This document shows, piece by piece, positions 50,491 to 60,586 of a stretch of 64,000 nucleotides of DNA (the stretch's first letter is position 1; every line of letters begins with the position of its first letter). Source of the stretch: a virus. The position numbers and the translations under genes were made by a program. The stretch spans positions 1 to 64,000 of the IMG/VR virus record IMGVR_UViG_3300042887_002430; one strand, 5' to 3'. The notes below the pieces were generated by a model. The model was not told the origin of the DNA. It saw only the letters and a list, made by a program, of their open reading frames with translations, and did not search any database.

Positions 50491-51534
50491 TTATAATTCT
50501 CCGTACAATTTTACCAATAATTTATTATTGACTTTATCACCTTCAATCTTTTTTAGCATATCAATAATCGCATCATTGATAGATATGATAGAAGTATCAT
50601 CAATTTGTTCAATATCATCAAAGACATAATTGATAGGTGGTTCTTCAATAGCTAGGGTAATAAGACCAAAATCATTTTGTATACGATTTTTAAATTCCAT
50701 CAATTCTGAATAGTCCATTGCAATATCTGAAATTATTTTACAATTACAATTTTCAGGAATGGTTACTTTCTTATCGAGAACATCTGAAAGATTGACTTTC
50801 ATATATCGTGGACTATCGTCCCAATCATAAAATGATAATTTGTCAGTATCTAATTCATGGATAGCAAATCCTTTATTGGTATCAGTTTCTGAAAAATCCA
50901 TGGAGAATATATTACCAATATAATCAACGTTTCCTAATCTTTGCCGTTTATGAAAATGTCCTGATAGGATTCGTTGAAATTTGGCATATTTTTTATGGTC
51001 GGGACCACCTTCAAATTTATTATCGGCACCTGTTACAACAAAACCATTAAATTCTAAATGACCATACCAATAGGCTGCATCATATTTAAGAATGGTTTCA
51101 TATTCATCATGCATTAGATATGGTGTTAATAGTACATCTTCTATAAAATCTGATGATAATGTAATTTCATCAATGATAGTAACATTTGAAAATTCTTTGA
51201 ACATTACTAGAGAATGGATAGAACGGTCACTTTTTCTATACATATCATGGTTGCCGGTTAGCATATAGATAGGAATATTAAGATTATTAAGATTCTTAAT
51301 AGCTCTACAAGCATAATTGATTGTAGAGATATTGATGGCATTGCGAGTTTCAAAGAAGTCACCTAAGATGACGATATGGTCTACCTTATGTTTGATAGAG
51401 CCATCACAGGCATAATCAATAAAGTCATAACATTTTTGATTATGTTCATCACTATTGTTTTTTCTACCGAAATGTACATCTGTAAAGTGCAACCCTTTCT
51501 TTAATTTTTTCATGATTATCCTGAAATTTTTCAA
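50491..51534 (-). CDS. gp47/SbcD-like nuclease
   Basis: DVHFG, LGD, GNHD, GHFH. Confidence 0.93.
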   Translation of the reverse strand: MKNFRIIMKKLKKGLHFTDVHFGRKNNSDEHNQKCYDFIDYACDGSIKHKVDHIVILGDFFETRNAINISTINYACRAIKNLNNLNIPIYMLTGNHDMYRKSDRSIHSLVMFKEFSNVTIIDEITLSSDFIEDVLLTPYLMHDEYETILKYDAAYWYGHLEFNGFVVTGADNKFEGGPDHKKYAKFQRILSGHFHKRQRLGNVDYIGNIFSMDFSETDTNKGFAIHELDTDKLSFYDWDDSPRYMKVNLSDVLDKKVTIPENCNCKIISDIAMDYSELMEFKNRIQNDFGLITLAIEEPPINYVFDDIEQIDDTSIISINDAIIDMLKKIEGDKVNNKLLVKLYGEL

Positions 51535-51581
51535 AATTGAATAGTCATGATACGTGATACAAAAAAAAATTGCAATAAGTA

Positions 51582-51609
51582 TTGACAGTTTTATTTTTTA
51601 TGGTAAACT
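51582..51609 (+). promoter_or_regulatory. Sigma70-type promoter with no downstream ORF
   Basis: TTGACA-16-(TGG)TAAACT. Confidence 0.55.
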
Positions 51610-51702
51610 GTTATTGTCAATTGGGTGGGAGTCCAATTGATGGGAGATAGTAATGTTGTAAAATAACCCACTATATTAATATGATATGGTGGGTTTCTTA
51701 TT

Positions 51703-52185
51703 TTAATCTTCTACATTATCGTGATGTTCACTAGGTGCAAACATAACTTCGGCAGGATTGAATAATACTGAGGAGTCCACAACATGATTTTCAGTTAATT
51801 GAGCTTTATAATCTTCTGCAAATGTTCGGCTAGGGTCTAATCCTTCATGGACTAAAAGACTATCACGAATATTACGTTGTTTCTTCTCAGCTTTAAGATA
51901 TTGAATGAAGCTATTGAAAATATATGTGGATAGGTAGGAGAATACATTACTAGATTTTGTAGCATCGAATGACCTCCAATTTTTAACGATATTTAATAGT
52001 GCATAACTTTTCATATCATCAATATAAGTATATGCTGCAAAGTTAGGACGATTTGCTATTCGTTCACATAATAACATAACCATTTTAGATAATTCATCGG
52101 TCATTTTATTCTGTTGTTTTGATAATTCCATTTGTTCTAAAAGATTATGATTACTTAAATAATTCCGTGCTGGTTTTTTTGCCAT
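51703..52185 (-). CDS. gp55 late sigma factor
   Basis: NYLSN..LL, RPNF..YTY.DDMKS, FD..KS.N.FSY. Confidence 0.9.
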   Translation of the reverse strand: MAKKPARNYLSNHNLLEQMELSKQQNKMTDELSKMVMLLCERIANRPNFAAYTYIDDMKSYALLNIVKNWRSFDATKSSNVFSYLSTYIFNSFIQYLKAEKKQRNIRDSLLVHEGLDPSRTFAEDYKAQLTENHVVDSSVLFNPAEVMFAPSEHHDNVED

Positions 52186-52331
52186 GTAGTATAATCCTAA
52201 AAAGAGTTATATAATATGTTATTAATAATATTAAATATTATTTTAATAACTATTAAAAAATAATTACTGGGAGTATACCATAAAAATTAATAAATATATA
52301 ATTAATTTAGGTATTTTAATAGTGTTTATAT

Positions 52332-52931
52332 ATGGCTGAAGATTTTAAAGTAAAATTGATTGGTAATGTTAGTGGATTATCTGTAATATTTGATGCTATG
52401 CCACAGATAGGGGTGCATCATACTGCAAAGTATTCTCCAATAGAACCATCTCATTTAATTGGTTCTTATTATGTATATGATAACTCACCTAGTGCAACAT
52501 ATTCATTAAGTGATGTTAAATTAGTATCACGTAATCCCAAAGAGGCTGGTGAAAATTTAAAAAGGATTTTAACCTTAAAATCATGGACAAAATCTTATTT
52601 TGGTAAGACCGATAATTTTGGTAGTGCTAATGATGATTTGTCGCAATGGTTGGGGTCACCACCAGAAGTATTAACATTTTCTGCTTATTCTACTGGCGAT
52701 AGTCGTGGACATATATACAATATACCTGTAGTATTAACATCTTTAGATATTAGTTATCCTAATGATGTTGATTATATATTTACTGGAAATGATACTGGTG
52801 ATAAACTTAATGGAACACCATTTCCTAGTATATTGACAATATCATTAGCATTAAATGAACAACATTCTGCACAGGATTATGAATCATTTAATTTACATAA
52901 GTATCGCAACGGCATTTTGGATAACTTCTAA
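52332..52931 (+). CDS. Tail/baseplate protein (tube-initiator-like)
   Basis: GSPPEVL, NIPVVLTSLDISYPNDVDY, P..LTISLAL.E. Confidence 0.65.
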   Translation: MAEDFKVKLIGNVSGLSVIFDAMPQIGVHHTAKYSPIEPSHLIGSYYVYDNSPSATYSLSDVKLVSRNPKEAGENLKRILTLKSWTKSYFGKTDNFGSANDDLSQWLGSPPEVLTFSAYSTGDSRGHIYNIPVVLTSLDISYPNDVDYIFTGNDTGDKLNGTPFPSILTISLALNEQHSAQDYESFNLHKYRNGILDNF

Positions 52932-53203
52932 TGAATAGTTATAGTAGACATGAAAAGGGTGGAGTAGTAACAGATGGTTTTTGGAAAAAAACTATTTTTA
53001 CAAAATCATTAGATGATTTAAAAATTACTATTTCTGCTAAGTATGTAAAACGTCCAGATTTGGTAGCATATGATTTATATGGTAGACCAGATTTAATGTG
53101 GTTTGTTTTACAATATAATGATATTTTAAATATTAATGAATTTGTTTTAAATAAGCAAATTACTTTACCGTCACCATCTCGTTTTAGCATGGGCATGTTA
53201 TAA
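52931..53203 (+). CDS. gp53-like/LysM-like baseplate wedge protein
   Basis: RPDLVAYDLYG..DLMWFVLQYN..ITLP. Confidence 0.75.
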   Translation: MNSYSRHEKGGVVTDGFWKKTIFTKSLDDLKITISAKYVKRPDLVAYDLYGRPDLMWFVLQYNDILNINEFVLNKQITLPSPSRFSMGML

Positions 53204-55117
53204 ATGGCAACATATAATCCATTACATCAGTATAGAAGTTATCAATATCATTTTGTATTAATAGCTACTGATAAAATTAATAATTTAGTAGGATTTGATG
53301 ATAATGGTGATGGTGATTTAGATAGATATAAACATGCTGAAGATAATAAGTATGGTGCTAAAGAATTTGGGGGTATGAAGTATGCCGTAATCTATAATTC
53401 TATGCAGGATGCCAATTTCTATATAGATTCATTAGAATTGACACATATTAACGGTTCATCGTCCGATAAAGGTGTTAGTGAATCTGTACTAACACAAAAG
53501 ATGAGTATGGTTATTAAAGAACCATATACTGCTGATTTTATTACTGCTATGCATATAGCATATCAAAATGTATCTAATAATGAAAATATTCCTAAATCTT
53601 TATCTATTCAATATATGAGATTTGGATTAAAAATTATTTTTACAGGATATACTGAAGATAATACTGCTAATAAACCAAATGTTATCACCAACATAAATTT
53701 AATACCCTTTAGCATATCTACATTAGATATGTCATTATCTAAAGATGGTGCTACTTATAATATGACCTGTATACCAATGATTAATTCTGCTGCATTTCGG
53801 TCACCAACAACCAATTTTGGTGGTATTAAAGTAACAGTTAAGAAAAAATTATCTGATGCTTTAAAAAAGTTGCAAGATACCATCAATGATAATATGAAGA
53901 AAAAATATGACGAACATAAAAAATCTACTCCTGATGATACCAGTCCTTTATTAGAATATAATATATTATTGGACCCAGTATATGCTGGTAATGAATATGT
54001 ATTAGACCAATTTTCGAAAGACCAACATAATGGAGATGATGATAGTACAGTCAATTTTACTACTACAGATAGTGACACATTAACAAAAATCCTAGAAAAT
54101 ATGATGAATATGTCACAGAAAGTATCTAAAGAAACGGAAATGGTTGATAATATTAGATATACTCATAGGATAATTAGTGGTGGTCCCTATTTTTCAAAAG
54201 ATGGTAAAACCGAAAAATATGTATATTTAATATATCAACAGAAAATAGCTCCTCAAACTGCTGATGAAAGTTCTGGTAGTAAAGTAGTCACATTTCCGTT
54301 ATCATATGACTATCTCTATACTGGGAAAAATTATGATATTCTGAATTTTGATATGAGAATAAAGGGGATGGCAACCTCCAGAGAATTGATTACGGTTATA
54401 AATCCTTCATCATATAGTGGTGATAATAAATCAACAGTAGAAGTTTCCAAAAAAGTATCCGATTCTGATAAAAAAGATGCCAGTAAATTGGTAACTAGTG
54501 AAAATGAAGAGGTGATGACTACTACTTATAATGATGATAAAACTCATGCAAAACCATTAACTAGAATAGACCCGCAACGTATAGGGACTGGTGCTATAGC
54601 CCCTGATACTCTATATAGTGGCCGGAAAGCTATTTCTGCTGCATTGATTGGTACCATGAATGATAATCTAACCATTAGACTGATTGGGAACCCGGCATTA
54701 TTGCAAAATATGGTACCCGATTCGAGTATGTTTGTTAATACTGCTGGTGATGTTAAAAGTGCTGCAGAAGTAATACAGAATTTTAGTAAGGTAGTAAACA
54801 ATCATTATAGTTCATATCCTTGTGTGGATATTAACGTAAGAGTACCAAAACCTAGTACCATGCAGGGTAATGTATACAGTTCTAGTGAGGCTGAAACATA
54901 TTATAGCTTGCCATTCTTTGATGATAGGTATTATTATATCAAAGATACCATTAGTCGATTTAGCCATGGTGTCTTTGAACAATCTATGGATTTGGTAGTA
55001 ATGAATAAAGAAGATAGAGTATCTCATATCACTACTAATAAAATTGGTGATAAAAAATCAGATGATGGCGCAGCCGCAAAGGCAGAACCAACAGTTAAAA
55101 AAGCCACATTACTATAA
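53204..55117 (+). CDS. Putative baseplate hub protein
   Basis: NPLHQYRSYQY, YDYLYTGKN.DILNFD, IGNP, F..GVFEQ; structural-gene context. Confidence 0.55.
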   Translation: MATYNPLHQYRSYQYHFVLIATDKINNLVGFDDNGDGDLDRYKHAEDNKYGAKEFGGMKYAVIYNSMQDANFYIDSLELTHINGSSSDKGVSESVLTQKMSMVIKEPYTADFITAMHIAYQNVSNNENIPKSLSIQYMRFGLKIIFTGYTEDNTANKPNVITNINLIPFSISTLDMSLSKDGATYNMTCIPMINSAAFRSPTTNFGGIKVTVKKKLSDALKKLQDTINDNMKKKYDEHKKSTPDDTSPLLEYNILLDPVYAGNEYVLDQFSKDQHNGDDDSTVNFTTTDSDTLTKILENMMNMSQKVSKETEMVDNIRYTHRIISGGPYFSKDGKTEKYVYLIYQQKIAPQTADESSGSKVVTFPLSYDYLYTGKNYDILNFDMRIKGMATSRELITVINPSSYSGDNKSTVEVSKKVSDSDKKDASKLVTSENEEVMTTTYNDDKTHAKPLTRIDPQRIGTGAIAPDTLYSGRKAISAALIGTMNDNLTIRLIGNPALLQNMVPDSSMFVNTAGDVKSAAEVIQNFSKVVNNHYSSYPCVDINVRVPKPSTMQGNVYSSSEAETYYSLPFFDDRYYYIKDTISRFSHGVFEQSMDLVVMNKEDRVSHITTNKIGDKKSDDGAAAKAEPTVKKATLL

Positions 55118-55143
55118 AAATCACCATCCCGAAGGGATGGTGA

Positions 55144-55172
55144 TTGACAATACTTTATAATTATAATATAAT
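55144..55172 (+). promoter_or_regulatory. Sigma70-type promoter of DNA polymerase gene
   Basis: TTGACA-17-TATAAT. Confidence 0.8.
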
Positions 55173-55208
55173 TTTTCAAAATAATTTTAAATTTTACGAG
55201 AATAAACA

Positions 55209-58200
55209 ATGACATATATTAGTGCATTTATGCCAAGGGATGAAAAAGGATTTATTACTGAAGATGTGGTATATGTATATGAATGCATTAATCATAAAAA
55301 TATCTTAAAAAAGTATCCGGCAATCTTTGAATATTATACAAAATCAGAACGTGGACAATATACCAGCATCTTTGGGGAAACATTAACAAAGGTTGTCTAT
55401 AGTTCTACTAGAGAATTTAGAATAGCCAAGAAAGAGGCACTAGAAAATGGGGATAAGTTATATGAATCTGATATTCCGCCAGAAACTAAAGTTCTTATGG
55501 AACATTATTATGGTAAACCTGCCCCAGATTTGAATGTATTATTCTATGATATCGAGGTTGATTATGTTTCCAGAAAGTTTAATGATGCCGATATTGTTAC
55601 TATTCGTGCCAAAGGCGATGATGCAACACATAATGAAGAATTAAAATTAATTAGAGAATTAGAGCCGCAGAATAGGGAACTATTTGAATTATATGATGAT
55701 ATGCTCAAACAATGGGTATCATATGAAGATTCAAGATTCTCCTATATGGGCGAAACAGGATTCTCATCACCATTAAATCCTTATGCCCCTATTAATGCTA
55801 TTTCTATTTTCAAACAATGGTTGGGAAAGTCTATTGTATTAGCAGTTCCTCCGAAAGGGTGGGACATATCTGAATTAGACCAATCATTATCAGAATTAGC
55901 AGAAATTAGATTCTTTAAAACCGAAAAAGAATTATTGATGGAATTCCTTTCAGAATTGGAAGATGCTAATGTATTATCTGGCTATAACTCATCATACTTC
56001 GATGACCCATATGTTGCTAAAAGGGTAGAGATGGTATTAGGTGATTATTTCTTCAAGAAATTATCTATGAAAAAGGCAAATCTTGCCCAATTTAGAGAAG
56101 TGTTTGTTAAGGGTAAAAAACAATTACAAGTACAATTAGGTGGTCGTGCACAGTTAGATTATCTGGAATTATTCAAAAAGTTTGAACAGGCTGAAAGACC
56201 GTCCTATAAATTGGAAGCCATTTCTGCAGAAATTCTACCACATCTAACAAAATTAGAATATACCGGAACATTAGAACAATTGTATCATAATGATTTTAAT
56301 CATTTTTTACGATATAACATTCGTGATACTGAAATCCTAAATGGGTTTGAGCAAAAATTGAATTATATTAAACTTGCTAATGATATGATTCATTCTAATA
56401 CCAGTAACTTTAATAATATTTTTGGTACGGTTAGGGTGGTTGATAATTCTATTATTAACTATTGTCACCATGTTAAAAATGTTATTGTTCCTGATAAATG
56501 GGATACTGCGGATGGTAGTATTCAAGGTGCATATGTATTATATCCTCAAAAAGGTATGCATAGATGGATATGTGCTATTGATATCAATAGTTTATATCCT
56601 TCTGCTATGAGAGCTATTAATATTAGTCCAGAAACCATGATTGGACAGTTTATTGATAATATGAAAGCCTGGAAATGTATCAGTGAACGAGTTGAAATCG
56701 ATTTAGCATTCAAATATGAAAATGGTAGTATAGAGGTAAAAACCACGTCAGAATGGATAGAACTATTCTTAGCAAAGAAATGGGCTGTTAGTGGATATGG
56801 TACCGTATATGACCAGAATGAAGAGGGTGTTATCCCATCGTTATTATCATCATGGTATACATTACGTAAAGAATATCAAGCATTGAAAAAGAAATTTGGT
56901 AACATGTGTGATGAATTAAAATTAGAACATGGTACATTGACGGCTAAACAGTTAAAAGAATATGATGCATTGGATGATAATCATAAGAAAGAATATAAGT
57001 TAAAGAATGCTAAACTATCTAAAGAGAATAAAAAACAATATGATGAATATTATGAAGAATCTAAAAAGAATGACCGATTCCAATATATCTATAAGATTTT
57101 GTTGAATTCTACTTATGGGTGTTTAAGTAATTATAATTTTAGATTCTTTAGATTAGAAGCTGGTGAATCGGTAACAGGTACAGGCAGAATGATTCTAAAA
57201 CATCAATGTAGAGAAGTTAATAAAATGTTAGAAAATAATTATGATATTGAGTTTCCTCTATACGAAAGTAAGAAAGTCATTGATAAAATGATTAAGGTTT
57301 ATAATAAAAAAATGGCAGTTATCCATGCTGAAAATAAACCAGAGGTAGCTGAAGATGCTAGTTTGCATCAATATATTGAAACACTTAACCAAGAATATTA
57401 TCATCCATCATTATTAACACATGATATTGCCTTAGATGGACCAGTGTTTAAAGGAAAATTTACTTCTAAATCAGTTATTTACGGTGATAGTGTTGCTGGT
57501 GATACTATAATTTATTTGTCTGATAGATGTGTATTCATTGAAGATTTAATGACTGATGATATTATCTATCGGGAGGGTAAAGAGTATTGCAATTTAAATA
57601 ATGTTCAAGCATTGACCTATGATAAATTATCAGATACTACTACATTTAGAGATATCAAATACGTCATGAGACATAAATGTGAGAAACAAATGTATCGGGT
57701 ATGGACATCTAATAACAGTTATATTGATGTTACCGAAGACCATAGTTTAATGCATTTTGTTAATGGTGTGGTATCAGAAGTTAAACCATTTGAAGATATT
57801 GGAAAATTAATTTGTGTCAACGGTACAGATACTGTTATTGATACCTTAATATTTGATAGTAAAGATACTGCTATGATACAAGTATTTGATATGCTTAATA
57901 ACGGTCAATATGCCACCGTTACCAGCATTGGAGATATGTTTATGGTTAATTCTGCAAATATTAAATCTGAAAGTATTGGTAAGGATTTTAATACTAGTGA
58001 TGTTTATAAAATTGAAAAAATATCTTACGATGGGTATGTTTATGATATTGAAGTAGATGATACACATGTGTTTTATGCTAATAATATATTAGTACATAAT
58101 ACCGATAGTACCTATTTTGTGGTTCCGGCAAAGGATAAAGAAGAAGCTGTGGAAATGTCAGATTTTATTGCAGAACGGGTGAATAAATCCTATCCTAAAT

Positions 58201-58913
58201 TTATGAAACATGCATTTTTATGTCAACCAGTATTTGATAAAATGATTGCATGTGGTCGTGAAATTGTCGGCGATAATTCTATCTTTGTTAATAAAAAACT
58301 TTATACAATTCATGTAGTTGATAATGAGGGAAAGGCGGAAGATAAGATTAAAACAATGGGGTTAGCTATTAAGAAAACTACCTTACCTAAACCTATTGCA
58401 ACAAAATTAACATCATTTGTTAAACGTTTATTAATCGGTGAAGATTGGTCAACTATTTCCCATGATGTTGTTGATTATAAAAAAGAATTGAAGAATTTGG
58501 ATAATTTATTAGAGATGGGTCTCCCGAAAGGTGTGAATGGATTAGAAGATTATTATAAGAAATATTTAGATGATTCTGGTACTAATCTTCCGGGACACGT
58601 AGCAGCATCTATATTCTATAATATTAATTTAAAAGAATATGCAGATTATGATAATGCTCCGATATCATCAGGTAACAAAATTAAGGTATATTATCTTAAA
58701 AAACCGGAAGGACGATTTAAAGCTATAGCATTGCCTACTGATTTGGAAACTGTCCCAGAATGGTTTACTGAGAATTTTATTAATCGGTTAGATGTTGAAT
58801 TACAGATTTCAAAATTAGTAGATGACCCATTAGAGAGTATCCTTAATGCTATTGATTATAAGGTACCTACCCAACAGTTGTTAATGATGGAAGATGCTTT
58901 CGTCTGGGATTGA
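55209..58913 (+). CDS. Family B DNA polymerase (gp43-like) with intein
   Basis: DIE, GYNSSYFD, YNIRD, DINSLYPS, KILLNSTYG, YGD|TDS. Confidence 0.96.
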   Translation: MTYISAFMPRDEKGFITEDVVYVYECINHKNILKKYPAIFEYYTKSERGQYTSIFGETLTKVVYSSTREFRIAKKEALENGDKLYESDIPPETKVLMEHYYGKPAPDLNVLFYDIEVDYVSRKFNDADIVTIRAKGDDATHNEELKLIRELEPQNRELFELYDDMLKQWVSYEDSRFSYMGETGFSSPLNPYAPINAISIFKQWLGKSIVLAVPPKGWDISELDQSLSELAEIRFFKTEKELLMEFLSELEDANVLSGYNSSYFDDPYVAKRVEMVLGDYFFKKLSMKKANLAQFREVFVKGKKQLQVQLGGRAQLDYLELFKKFEQAERPSYKLEAISAEILPHLTKLEYTGTLEQLYHNDFNHFLRYNIRDTEILNGFEQKLNYIKLANDMIHSNTSNFNNIFGTVRVVDNSIINYCHHVKNVIVPDKWDTADGSIQGAYVLYPQKGMHRWICAIDINSLYPSAMRAINISPETMIGQFIDNMKAWKCISERVEIDLAFKYENGSIEVKTTSEWIELFLAKKWAVSGYGTVYDQNEEGVIPSLLSSWYTLRKEYQALKKKFGNMCDELKLEHGTLTAKQLKEYDALDDNHKKEYKLKNAKLSKENKKQYDEYYEESKKNDRFQYIYKILLNSTYGCLSNYNFRFFRLEAGESVTGTGRMILKHQCREVNKMLENNYDIEFPLYESKKVIDKMIKVYNKKMAVIHAENKPEVAEDASLHQYIETLNQEYYHPSLLTHDIALDGPVFKGKFTSKSVIYGDSVAGDTIIYLSDRCVFIEDLMTDDIIYREGKEYCNLNNVQALTYDKLSDTTTFRDIKYVMRHKCEKQMYRVWTSNNSYIDVTEDHSLMHFVNGVVSEVKPFEDIGKLICVNGTDTVIDTLIFDSKDTAMIQVFDMLNNGQYATVTSIGDMFMVNSANIKSESIGKDFNTSDVYKIEKISYDGYVYDIEVDDTHVFYANNILVHNTDSTYFVVPAKDKEEAVEMSDFIAERVNKSYPKFMKHAFLCQPVFDKMIACGREIVGDNSIFVNKKLYTIHVVDNEGKAEDKIKTMGLAIKKTTLPKPIATKLTSFVKRLLIGEDWSTISHDVVDYKKELKNLDNLLEMGLPKGVNGLEDYYKKYLDDSGTNLPGHVAASIFYNINLKEYADYDNAPISSGNKIKVYYLKKPEGRFKAIALPTDLETVPEWFTENFINRLDVELQISKLVDDPLESILNAIDYKVPTQQLLMMEDAFVWD
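57489..58100 (+). mobile_element. Intein at polymerase motif C (204 aa, no intact endonuclease seen)
   Basis: YGD|SVAGDT...VTEDHSL...VYDIEV..HVFYANNILVHN|TDS. Confidence 0.92.
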
Positions 58914-58961
58914 CAATTGGTAAATAATAGTGTATCATTTTTAAAATTTGTTAATGACTGT

Positions 58962-59039
58962 GCCGCCTAATCGGCGGCTTTGAATGTTTAAGCCTTACTG
59001 AATTCCAATTTCCAAATGTGGGCCGCCTAATCGGCGGCT
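58962..59039. repeat. Two identical 18-nt GC hairpins flanking a 42-nt unique segment
   Basis: GCCGCCTAATCGGCGGCT at 58962 and 59022. Confidence 0.9.
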
Positions 59040-59109
59040 AATAATTAAAGAATTGAATAATATTAAATAATCAATTATAATAAAAGCTAATAACCTTTAC
59101 AGGATTCAT

Positions 59110-59793
59110 ATGATTTTAGATAAGGAAACGATTACCATAATTAAAAATGCATTATTGGTATCGAAACAATTTGGGATAAGTGTTTTAAAAATTGATGATA
59201 ATGGTATCAGAGGTACTGACGAGGATGGTACGGTAGCATTATTATCACCAATGTCTTTAAATATTGGAGGTACTGTTGGTATCAATAGAATAGAATTTTT
59301 ATTAAACCGTTTGAATATTTTAGATGAGCCTACGGTTGAAATTAATTATGATGCTACTAATATTTCAGAATCTATATCGTTATATAATAAAAAGACGGTT
59401 ATTGAATATAGAACTGCTAATGCTAATAGATTAAAGGTTCCATCTGTGCCTAAAGATGGTGATTTATATCAAATTAGTATTACTGAGGATTTGAAGAATA
59501 CTTTAACCAAAGGTAAGGCTGCAATGAAATCTGACATTATCACTTTACTTTGTAATGATAATAAATTATCATATAAGATTGCTGACGAAACTAGTGATAC
59601 TTTATTATATAATGCAGAATATGTAGTAAATATGACAGATGATGAAGAACCAGCAAATTTTGTTAACGTTTATTCAATCAAAGCATTATTATATGCTTTT
59701 AACAGTTGTGATGAAGTTGTAGGTATCGATAAGAAAGGTATTTTACGATTCAACATAAACAATTCAAACATTTACTTATTACCAAAAAAATGA
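59110..59793 (+). CDS. gp45-like sliding clamp
   Basis: 227 aa, alternating beta/alpha pattern, follows polymerase. Confidence 0.6.
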   Translation: MILDKETITIIKNALLVSKQFGISVLKIDDNGIRGTDEDGTVALLSPMSLNIGGTVGINRIEFLLNRLNILDEPTVEINYDATNISESISLYNKKTVIEYRTANANRLKVPSVPKDGDLYQISITEDLKNTLTKGKAAMKSDIITLLCNDNKLSYKIADETSDTLLYNAEYVVNMTDDEEPANFVNVYSIKALLYAFNSCDEVVGIDKKGILRFNINNSNIYLLPKK

Positions 59794-59921
59794 AAACATT
59801 TATTAACAAACTTATTACTTTTTTCAAAAAATGCAACTGTCAAACATTTCACGTTCATAAACATATTTCTGTACTGGAATGCAAGGATTGTGGTAGAATA
59901 GAATTTTCTAATTGTAGATAA
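59790..59921 (+). CDS. Small Zn-ribbon protein (43 aa, not in track)
   Basis: MKTFINKL..CNC..ECKDCGR; ATGA overlap. Confidence 0.5.
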   Translation: MKTFINKLITFFKKCNCQTFHVHKHISVLECKDCGRIEFSNCR

Positions 59922-59930
59922 GGTTTCAAT

Positions 59931-60227
59931 ATGAGCAATATATTAAACAAGCTATATACCACCTATAATAATTTCAAAGATAATACTGATGCTACTGATA
60001 AAGAACAACCTCATTTTAGTATTAGTTGTAATAATATCGACCCTGTGCATGGCATTCAAATAGATTATGAATATAGAGACGATTTTGTAATATATTTAAG
60101 AAAGAATGGATATACCGGTATTGACGATGAAACTATATTAAGAAATTTCTTTCTTAAAATGTATGCAGAAATGCATGATAAATTAAAAACTAATGGGACT
60201 GCCCCTAATTATGGAGAGTTTGAATAA
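59931..60227 (+). CDS. Hypothetical phage protein
   Basis: FVIYLRKNGYTG.DDE. Confidence 0.6.
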   Translation: MSNILNKLYTTYNNFKDNTDATDKEQPHFSISCNNIDPVHGIQIDYEYRDDFVIYLRKNGYTGIDDETILRNFFLKMYAEMHDKLKTNGTAPNYGEFE

Positions 60228-60586
60228 TGATTATTACCGATATTGCACATGAAATTTTACTAACCTATGGTAAAATGTACTTTGTGGATAATTCAACAGA
60301 TATTCATGTTGATGCAGTAGATATGGACGACCATGCTCATCATTTTGTAACACCGTATAAGAAAACCTATGCATTAGCATTTATTCAATTATCAGAAGAT
60401 TCTGATAAAAAATATGAATTAGTATTATTTGGCGACAATATTTATCCACTACATTATCAATATGCTTCTGATAATTTAGAAGAGTGTTATTCATTATTAG
60501 AACGACTACATCTAAAAGATTACCAAGTATTAGAAGAAATGACTTATGAATCTGGATTAACATATTGGCCAAAAGATGAAAAATGA
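60227..60586 (+). CDS. Hypothetical protein
   Basis: ORF coupled by overlap. Confidence 0.55.
   Translation: MIITDIAHEILLTYGKMYFVDNSTDIHVDAVDMDDHAHHFVTPYKKTYALAFIQLSEDSDKKYELVLFGDNIYPLHYQYASDNLEECYSLLERLHLKDYQVLEEMTYESGLTYWPKDEK

Noticed and set aside
58962-59039. Canonical CRISPR array
   Set aside because: Only two 18-nt repeats, shorter than normal; kept as an unexplained unit.
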